Of a DNA stretch of 50,311 nt, positions 1 through 10,345 are shown piece by piece. The DNA is taken from the NCBI GenBank assembly GCA_037442805.1, contig JBBIPO010000006.1, forward strand, positions 1 to 50,311, given 5' to 3'. The notes beneath the pieces were generated by a model. It saw only the letters and a list, made by a program, of their open reading frames with translations. It was not told the DNA's origin and searched no databases. Source of the stretch: Deltaproteobacteria bacterium (GTDB lineage Bacteria > Myxococcota_A > UBA9042 > DTJE01). Position numbers and translations under genes: made by a program. Position 1 is the stretch's first letter. Every line of letters starts with the position of its first letter.

Positions 1-2
1 AG

Positions 3-3000
3 GCGTGCAACGGGCGGGACGACGACTGCGACGGGAAGGTGGACGAGGAGAACGCCCAAGGGTGCGCGACGTTCTACAAGGACGAGGACCAGGACGGGTG
101 GGGGATCCCGACCCTGTCGAAGTGCCTGTGTCAGGCGGAAGCCCCTTACTCCGCGAAGCAGGTCGAGGATTGCGACGACGGGGACCCGGAGGCGAAGCCC
201 GGGGCCGCGGAGCGTTGCAACGGCAAAGACGACGATTGCGACGGGTTCACGGACGAGGACGCCTCGTCCGGGTGCACGGTCTTCTTCCTGGACCAGGACC
301 GGGACGGGTACGGCAATGCCCTCGACTTCAGGTGCCTGTGCGACCCGAAGGCCCCCTACGACACCGTGGTGGCCGGCGACTGCGACGACTTCTACGCCGC
401 GATCCACCCGGACGCGACGGAATCGTGCAACGGCAAGGACGACGACTGCGATGGCGCCACGGACGAGTCCCCGGCGACTGGGTGCAAGACCTACTACTTC
501 GATGGGGACGGGGACGGCTTCGGCCTGGCCACCCTGTCGGCCTGCCTGTGTCAGAAGGAGGCCCCCTACACGGCGATCCTCGGGGGGGACTGCAACGACT
601 ACCTCGCGGCGGTGAACCCGGCGGCGGACGAGGTCTGCAACGGTCGCGACGACGACTGCGACGGGACGGTGGACGAGGAGGACGCCCAGGGGTGCGCGAC
701 CTTCTACCTGGACACGGACCGGGACGGCTATGGGGTGTCGTCGGACTCGAAATGCCTGTGCAAGGCGGCGGGGAACTACTCGGCCAAGGCGGCGGGGGAC
801 TGCGCGGACGACGACCCGGCGAGGAACCCGGGGGCGCGCGAGCGGTGCAATGGCCAGGACGAGAACTGCAACGGGCTCGTGGACGAGGAGGGGGCGACCG
901 ACTGCTCCGTCTTCTTCCTGGATTACGACTGGGACGGCTACGGGGCGGCGGATTTCAAATGCCTGTGCGGCCCGTACCTGCTCTACCGGGCCACGCAGTC
1001 CGGGGACTGCAACGATTCGAGCGCGAAGATCAACCCGGGCGCGGGCGAACGTTGCAACGGGTCGGACGACAACTGCGACGGGATCGTGGACCCCGAGGGG
1101 TCGGACCTGTGCGGGCCGTACTACAAGGACGCGGACGGGGACGGATACGGGAAGGCCGGGGACTCGAAGTGCCTGTGCGGGCCGGTCGGGATGTACCGGT
1201 CTCCGTTGGGGACCGACTGCGACGACCAGGACCCGACGATGAACCCCGGCGTGCAGGAGTTGTGCGCGAACGGCAAGGACGACAACTGCAACGGCCTGAC
1301 GGACGACGCAGAGGTCGGCGGGTGCCAGGGGTGCATCAACTACTTCGAGGACGTGGACGGGGACGGGTACGGGAAGACGCAGGTGTACGAGTGCCTGTCC
1401 GGGCCGAGCGGGAACCTGCGGGCCACCCTGCCGGGGGACTGCGACGATTCCGACGCCGCGGTGAACCCGGGGGTGCCCGAAAATTGCAACGGCGTGGACG
1501 ACGACTGCAACGCCCTGACCGACGAGGAAGGGGCCGCGGACTGCGTGCCGTACTTCTACGACAACGACGACGACGGGTACGGGACGGACGACGTCCGCTG
1601 CCTGTGCTCCCCGAGTGGGAAATACCGCGGGACCGCGAGCGGGGACTGCAACGACGGCGCGAAGTACGTGAACCCCGGGGCCTCGGAGGTCTGCAACCTG
1701 CTGGACGATGACTGCGACGGGCTTGTGGACGAGGCCGGGGCCGCGGGGTGCCAGACCTATTACCAGGACAGCGACCAGGACGGGTGGGGGCAGGCGGCCT
1801 CGAAGTGCCTGTGCGCCCCCGCATTCCCATACACGGCGAACGCGGCGGGGGATTGCGACGACGCGCGGGGCGCCTCCAACCCCGCGGCCGTCGAGGAGTG
1901 CAACGGCCGCGACGACGACTGCGACGGCCAGACGGACGAGGAGAACGCGCTCGGGTGCGCCGCGATGTACCGGGACGGGGACCGCGACGGCCACGGCGTG
2001 TCGGGCGACTTCCGATGCCTGTGCGCGGCGAGCGGCAAGTATTCCGCGGTCCAGGGTGGTGACTGCGACGACGCGGACGCCACCGTCTTTCCGGGCGCGG
2101 CGGAGCCGTGCAACGGCCGGGACGACGACTGCGACGCGGCGGTGGACGAGGCGGGCGCCCTCGGTTGCCGGGACTACTACTACGACAGCGACGCGGACGG
2201 CTTCGGGACCGACGCCAAGCCGGCCCGGTGTCTGTGCGCCCCGCAGGCCCCCTACACGGCCCTTTCGGGTGGGGATTGTCTCGATACGAACAAGAACATC
2301 GCCCCGGGCGCCGCGGAACGTTGCAACTACGTGGACGACGACTGCGACGGCCAGACGGACGAGGTGGGGGCGACCGGGTGCACCACCTTCTACCAGGACG
2401 CGGACTCGGACGGCTTTGGCGTGACCGAGGATTCACGCTGTCTGTGCGCGCCCTCGGACGGGTACAAGGCCGCGGCGGGCGGGGACTGCAACGACGCCGA
2501 CGCGGCCGTGAACCCCGCCGCGGCCGAGCGGTGCAATGGGCGCGACGACGACTGCGACGGCCAGATTGACGAGGCCGGGGCCGCCGACTGCGTGGTCCAC
2601 TACCGCGACGGGGACGGTGACGGCTTCGGCAAGCCCAATGATTACCAGTGCCTGTGCGGCCCGGCCGCTCCGTATTCCGTCACGGTGGGGGGCGACTGCG
2701 ACGACGCGGACCCCGCGGTCTCGCCGGGCCGGGCCGAGGCGTGCAACGGCCTGGACGACGACTGCGACGGCCTGACGGACGAGCGGGACGCGGTCGGATG
2801 CACCCTCTACTACCAGGACGTGGACCAGGACGGCCACGGGGGCCGCGAGTCGCGCTGCCTGTGCGGTCCGGCCTCCCCGTGGGTCTCGACCGTGGGCGAC
2901 GACTGCAACGATTCCCTGGCCGGGGTGCATCCCGGCGCGGGCGAGGTCTGCGACTACCTGGACAACGACTGCGACGGGGTGACGGACGAGGAAGGCACGC

Positions 3001-6000
3001 AGGGGTGCCAGACCTACTACTATGACGGGGACGGCGACAACTACGGCGTCGCGGGGAACGCGAAATGTTTGTGTCGCGCCTCGGGCAAGTACACGACCCT
3101 CCAGGCCGGCGACTGCGACGACGCGAACAAGAGCGTGAATCCGGGCCGCGTCGAGGCCTGCAACGGCCAGGACGACGACTGCGACGGCCTGACGGACGAG
3201 GCCTCGGCGCAAGGGTGCAAGACGTACTATGCCGACCGCGACTCGGACGGGTTCGGGGCGGCCGCGGACTCGAAGTGCCTGTGCGAGCCGGCGTTTCCCT
3301 ACACGACCCAGCAGGGCGGGGACTGCGACGACGAGGCGGCCTCGGCGCGGCCCGGGGCCCCGGAGATCTGCGCGAACGGGCGCGACGACGACTGCGACGG
3401 GGTCACGGACGAGGCCGGCTGCCAGGGGTGCGTGACGTACTACCGGGACGACGACGGGGACACCTACGGGGTCGCGGGCGACTCGCAGTGCCTGGCCGCG
3501 CCGGCCGGGGCGTATCGGGCCGTGCGCGGGGGGGATTGCAACGACCTGGACGCCGGGGCGTACCCGGGTGCCATCGAGACCTGCAACGCCAAGGACGACG
3601 ACTGCGACTCCCAGACCGACGAGGACGGGGCCTCCGGGTGCGTGCGGGTGTACTACGACGCGGATGGGGACGGATTCGGATTGACCACGGATTCGCGCTG
3701 CGCCTGCGCCCCGGTCGCGCCCTACACGGCCCTGCAAGGGGGGGACTGCGACGATGGGCACGCGGCGGTTCACCCGGGCGCGGCCGAGGCGTGCAACGGC
3801 CTGGACGACGACTGCACCGGGACCGCGGACCCGGCGGGCGCGGAGGGGTGCGCGGGCTACCTGCGCGACTCGGACCAGGACGGGTTCGGGGCGAGCGGGG
3901 ACTCGAAGTGCCTGTGCGCGGCGGTTGCCCCCTACACGGCGAGCGTGGGCGGGGACTGCGACGACCAGATGGCCGGGACGCATCCGGGGGCGACCGAGGG
4001 CTGCGGCAACGGCCGCGACGACGACTGCGACGGGGCGACCGACGAGGCCGGGTGCCAGGGCTGTACGGTCTTCTATCGGGACCGCGACCGCGACGGCTTC
4101 GGAGTGAGCACGGACCAGGCCTGTCTGTCGGGGCCGGTCGGGGACTACACGGCCCAGGTCGGGGGCGACTGCGACGACGACCGCCCCGAGGTCCACCCGG
4201 GCCTCGGGGAGGCGTGCGACGGGCTCGACAACGATTGCGATGGGACCACGGACCCGGCGGGCTCGGCGGGGTGCACGACCTACTTCAAGGACGCGGACGG
4301 GGACGGCTACGGGCTCGCGTCGGACGCCCGGTGCCTGTGTCGGGCGGAGCCGCCCTACGCGGCCACGCTGGCGGGCGATTGCGACGACGCGAAGTCGCAC
4401 GTCAAGCCGGGTGCGACCGAGGTCTGCAACGGCCAGGACGACGACTGCGACGGCCTCGTGGACGAGGAGGGGGCGACCGGGTGCGAGGTGTGGTACCTCG
4501 ACGGGGACGGGGACGGATACGGGAAACCGGGGTCGGGTCGCTGCCTGTGCAGCAAGGCCGCGCCCTACACGGCCTCGAACACGGCGGACTGCGATGACGC
4601 GAACCCCGACGTAAAGCCAGGCGGGACCGAGGTGTGCAACGGCCTCGACGATGACTGCAACGGCACGGCCGACGGTGAAGGGACGAATGGTTGCACCTGG
4701 TATTATCTGGACCAGGACCAGGACGGGTACGGGAGCGCGACCTCCTCGCGATGTCTGTGCGCGCCGGTCGCCCCCTACACCGCCACGAACCCGGACGACT
4801 GCCGCGACGGACTGGCCCCGGTCCATCCGGACGCCGACGAGGTCTGCGACGGCCTCGACAACGACTGCGACGGCCAGACGGACGGGGAGGGCATCGCGGG
4901 GTGCATCGTGTTCTTCGAGGACCTGGACCGCGACGGGTACGGGGTGGCGCTGCGGAACCGGTGCCTGTGCGCGGGTGTCGCCCCCTACGACGCGACGCAG
5001 GCCGGGGACTGCGATGACTCGAACGCGCTGATCAAACCGGGCGCGGCGGAGGCGTGCAACGGCCTCGACGACGACTGCGATGCGGTCACGGACGAGGAAG
5101 GGGCGGGCGGGTGCGCCGCTTACCACCGGGACTGGGACGGGGATGGCTACGGGACGGACCTGACGAAGTGCCTGTGCGCGCCGGCGGGGAAGTACACGGC
5201 CTCGGGCGGCGGGGACTGCAACGACGTGGTCGCGGCGGTCCATCCGGGCGCGACCGAGGCCTGCAACGGCCGCGACGACGACTGCGACGGCCAGACGGAC
5301 GAAGAAGACGCGCTCGGGTGCGCGACCTTCTACCGGGACCAGGACCGCGACGGGTACGGGTCCGCGTCGGACGGGAAGTGCCTGTGCAAGGCGACCCAGG
5401 ACTATCCGGTCCAGGTGTCGGGGGATTGTCAGGACCAGGACGCGGCCGTGCACCCGGGCGCCCCGGAGGCGTGCAACGGCCAGGACGACGACTGCGACTT
5501 CTCGGTGGACGAGGACGTGACGGTCGGATGCACGGTCTATTTCTACGACTACGATGCGGACGGCTACGGGTCCCAGGACTTCCGCTGTCTGTGCGCCCCG
5601 TCCGGCCTGTACCGGGTCACGGTGGGCGGCGACTGCAACGACCTGTCCGCCGCGGTGAACCCCGAGGCGACCGAGGTCTGCAACGGGCAGGACGACAACT
5701 GCGACGCCATCGTGGACCCGGAGGGCTCTCAACTGTGCTCGTCCTATTACCAGGACGCGGACGGCGACGGTTACGGAAAGCCAGGCACGGCGAGTTGCCT
5801 GTGCGCGGCGACCGGGATGTACCGGACGCCCCGGGCCGGGGACTGCGATGACGACGCGGCCGGGGTGAACCCGGACGCCCTGGAATTGTGCGGCAATGGC
5901 CGGGACGACGACTGCGACGGGTTCACAGACGAGTCCGGGTGCGAGGGCTGCGTGAACTACTACGAGGACAAGGACGGCGACACCTACGGACTCGACCTGT

Positions 6001-9000
6001 CGTACCAGTGCCTGGCGGCGCCGAGCGGGGACTTCCGGGCCACTCGGGGAGGCGACTGCGACGATGCGGTGCTCGCGGTGAATCCGGGGGCCCCGGAGGC
6101 GTGCAATGGCCGTGACGACGACTGCGACGCCCTGACGGACGAGGAGGGGGCCACGGACTGCCGGCCCTACTTCTTCGATGACGACGGGGACGGGTACGGG
6201 ACATCGGACGTACGCTGCCTGTGCGCCCCGCAGGGGAAGCACCGGGGCGAGGATTCCGGGGACTGCAACGACTCGGCCGTCACGGTGAACCCGGGGGCCC
6301 AGGAGGCGTGCAACGACGTGGACGACGACTGCGACGGCCTCACGGACGAGGCCGGGGCCACGGGGTGCCACACGTACTTCGAGGACCAGGACCAGGATGG
6401 CTTCGGTCAGGCAACCACGCGATGCCTGTGCCAGGCCGCGCCTCCCTTCACCGCGAACGTCCCAGGGGATTGCGACGACTACCGGCCCGGCGTGAACCCG
6501 AACGGCGTCGAGACGTGCAACGGACGCGACGATGACTGCGACGGGGCCACCGACGAGGAGGGGGCCTTGGGGTGCCAGACGTTCTACCGGGACGGGGATG
6601 GGGACAAGTACGGCGTGACCAGCGATTTCCGTTGTTTGTGCGCCGCGAGCAGCCCCTATGTCGCGGTGGACGCGGGCGACTGCGACGACGGCCGGGCGGA
6701 CGTGTTCCCGGGCGCGACCGAAACCTGCAACGGCCGCGACGACGACTGCGAGGGGCTCGTGGACGAGCCGGACGCCCTGGGCTGCGTGCTCTACTACTTC
6801 GATGGGGACCGGGACGGCTTCGGGGACGACGCGATCCAGCCGCGGTGCCTGTGCGCGCCCGCCGCGCCTTTCAGCGCGGTCCAGGGCGGGGACTGCCTGG
6901 ACACGATGGCCGAGGTCCGGCCGGGGGTGGCCGAGGCGTGCAACGCCATGGACGACAACTGCGACGGCATCGTGGACAACGAGGGGGCCAGCGGGTGCAC
7001 GGTGTTCTACCTGGACAACGACCAGGACGGGGTGGGCGTGGCGTCGAGCCAGAAGTGCCTGTGCCAGCCCCAGGGGAAGCACACGGCCACGAGCGCCGGG
7101 GACTGCAACGACGGGGACGCGGCGGTGTGGCCTGGCGGCGCCGAGACGTGCGACGGCCGGGACGAGGACTGCGACGGCCAGACGGACGAGGTCGGGGCCA
7201 TCGGCTGCACCTACTTCTTCCGGGACGACGACGCGGACGGCTTCGGCCAGTTCGAGTCGCGCTGCCTGTGCGCGGCCGCGGCCCCCTACACGGCGCTCGC
7301 CGCGGGGGACTGCGACGACACGAAGGCGACGGTGAAGCCGGGGGCGGCCGAGGCGTGCAACGGCCGCGACGATGACTGCGACGGGAGCACGGACGAGGAG
7401 GGGGCCACGGGGTGCCTGACCTTCTACCGGGACCAGGACGCGGACGGCTTCGGCGGGGGCGAATCGCGCTGCCTGTGCGAGCCGGGCGGGGGGTGGACGG
7501 CGTCGAACTCGCAGGACTGCAACGACGTCCTGGCGAGCGTGAACCCGCAGGCGGCGGAGGTCTGCGACGGCCTGGACAACGACTGCGACGGCCAGACGGA
7601 CGAGGCGGGGGCCCAGGGGTGCCTGGTGTACTACCTGGACCGGGATGCGGACGGCTACGGCGACGGGGCGAACAGCCGCTGTCTGTGCGCGCCCTCCGGC
7701 GGCTACACGGCCCAGGCCGCGGGGGATTGCGACGACACGGTGGCGGCGGTGAAGCCAGGGGCGGCCGAGGCGTGCAACGCCCGCGACGACGACTGCAACG
7801 GCCAGACGGACGAAGAAGGCTCGACCGGGTGCTCGTACTATTACAAGGACGCGGACGGGGATACGTTCGGCCTGACGACGGACCGGAAGTGCCTGTGCGG
7901 CGCGACCGGGCTGTATGCCGCGACCCGGGGCGACGACTGCGACGACGGGAACGCCCTCGTCAACCCGGCGAAGGCGGAGCGGTGCAACGGGGTGGACGAC
8001 AACTGCGACGGCCAGACGGACGGCGCGGATTCCGTCGGGTGCTCGAACTACTACAAGGACGGGGACGGCGACCTGTTCGGGGTCGCGTCGGACTTCCGCT
8101 GCCTGTGCGCCCCCGCCGCACCCTACGCGACCACGGCGCTCGGGGATTGCAACGACGGCAACGCCCAGGCCTTCCCGGGCGCGCCGGAGTCCTGCAACGG
8201 CGCGGACGACGACTGCAACGGCCAGACGGACGAGGCCGGGGCGAGTGGGTGCCAGACGTATTACTTCGATCAGGACCAGGACGGGTACGGGCTCGCGTCG
8301 GATTCGCGCTGTCTGTGCGCCCCGCTGGGCGGCTACACGACCAAGGTGCCGGGGGACTGCAATGACCTGGACGGCCGCGTCTCGCCGGGCGCGCAGGAGG
8401 CGTGCAACGGCCGGGACGACGACTGCGACGGGCAGGTGGACGAGGAGGGCGCCGCCTCGTGCGTCTGGTACTTCAAGGACTCGGACGGCGACGGCTACGG
8501 GGTCGCCGGGGACAAGCGCTGCCTGTGCGCGGCCTCGGGGAACTACGCGGCCACGCAGGGCGGTGACTGTGACGACACGCGGGCGTCCGTGTATCCGGGG
8601 GCCACGGAGGTCTGCGGGAACGCCCGTGACGACGACTGCGACGGGCAGACGGACGAGGCGGGGTGCTCTGGGTGCACGACCTACTACAAGGACACGGATG
8701 GGGATACCTGGGGCGTGGAGGGCGATTCGCAGTGCCTGTCGGCCCCGTCCGGGGTCTATCGGGCCACGCGGGCCGGGGACTGCAACGACGGAAACGCCGC
8801 AGTGTCGCCGGGGGCGACGGAGACGTGCAACGCCGTGGACGACGATTGCGACGGCCAGACGGACGAGATGGGGGCGAGCGGCTGCCGGACGTACTACCAG
8901 AACAACGATGGGGACGGCTACGGGGTCATCGGGGGCGAGCGCTGTCTGTGCGCCCCTCAGGCGCCCTTCACCGCGACGCAGGCCGGAGACTGCAACGACG

Positions 9001-10345
9001 CGGATTCCGCCGTCTTCCCGGGGGCCCCCGAGTGGTGCAACGCGAAGGACGACGACTGCGACGCCCTGACGGACGAGGAGGGGGCCGCCGACTGCTCGTG
9101 GTATTACAAGGACGCGGACGGCGACCAGTACGGGGTTGCCACGGACAAGAAGTGTTTGTGCTCGGGTTCCGGGGTGTATGTCGCGACCCAGACCGGGGAC
9201 TGCGACGACAACGACCCGCAGGCGAGGCCGGGCGGGACCGAGGTCTGCGGCAACAGCCAGGACGACGACTGCGACGGCTGGACCGACGAGGCCGGATGCC
9301 AGGGCTGCACGACCTTCTACCTGGACGAAGACGGGGACGCCTACGGCCAGACGGGCCAGACGCAGTGCCTGTCCGGGCCGTCCGGGAACTACCGCGCGAC
9401 CCGCGGTGGGGACTGTCGCGACAACGACGAGGCCGTCAACCCCGGGGCGACCGAGGTCTGCCAGAACAACCAGGACGACAACTGCGACGGGCAGACCGAC
9501 GAGGCCGGGTGCCAGGGATGCGTCACCTATTACAAGGACCAGGACGGGGACACTTACGGGGTGGCGGGGGACACGAGGTGCCTGTCCGGGCCGACCTCGC
9601 CGTACACGGCGACCCGCGCCGGAGACTGCGACGATTCGAACGCGAGCGTCAAGCCGGGGGCGGCCGAGGTGTGCAACCTCGTGGACGACAACTGCGACGG
9701 GACGACGGACGAGGCCGGCGCGAGCGGCTGCACGAACTACGATCGCGACAACGACGGCGATGCCTACGGGATTGCGTCGGACAGCCGGTGTCTGTGCCGG
9801 TCGAGCACCCCGTACACGGCGACCCAGACCGGGGATTGCGACGACAACGATGCGGCCGTCAAGCCCGGGGCGACCGAGGCCTGCAACGGCCGTGACGACA
9901 ACTGCGACGGGCAGACCGACCCCGTGGACTCGCAGGGGTGCGTCCCCTGGTACTATGACTACGACGAGGACGGCTTCGGGACGTCCACCTCGCGCTGCCA
10001 GTGCGGGGCCCTGGGCCTGTACCGGACCCTCGCGACCGGGGACTGCAACGACACGAACGCCCAGGTCTATCCGGGTGCAACCGAGGCGTGCAACGGCGCG
10101 GACGACGACTGTGACGGCAACGTGGACGAGCCGGGGGCCCAGGGGTGCACGACCCACTACCACGACGGGGACAGCGACGGGTACGGGGTCGCGGGCGACT
10201 CGCGCTGCCAGTGCGGGCCGTCCTACCAGTGGGTCGCCGTGTCCGGGGATTGCAACGACAACAACGCCGCGATCCGCCCCGGGGCCGTGGAGCACTGCGA
10301 CGGGGTGGACGAGGACTGCGACGGCCAGACCGACGACGGGGACCC
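3..10345 (+). repeat. In-frame tandem coding repeat, period about 210-213 bp, roughly 50 copies, with a superimposed ~4.6-kb (22-unit) segmental duplication
   Basis: I counted 50 occurrences of the C-x-x-x-D-[DEN]-[DN]-C-[DNTE]-x motif in the translated frame, spaced about 70 aa apart. The last unit (EHCDGVDEDCDGQTDDGD) ends near 10345. Confidence 0.9.

Noticed and set aside
5-9895. Many 100-570-aa plus-strand off-frame ORFs inside the giant gene (e.g. 5-1711, 3065-4597, 7915-9069, 8663-9895, 9136-10551)
   Set aside because: All are Arg/Gly/Pro/Thr-rich shifted-frame readings of the same repeats. Only frame 3 gives a consistent domain architecture and a continuous ORF.
3-10345. Regular ~210-bp repeats could be mistaken for a CRISPR-like or satellite array
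   Set aside because: The repeats are contiguous with no unique spacers, diverge at the nucleotide level, stay in frame, and encode a conserved protein motif. This is a coding tandem repeat, not a CRISPR array.
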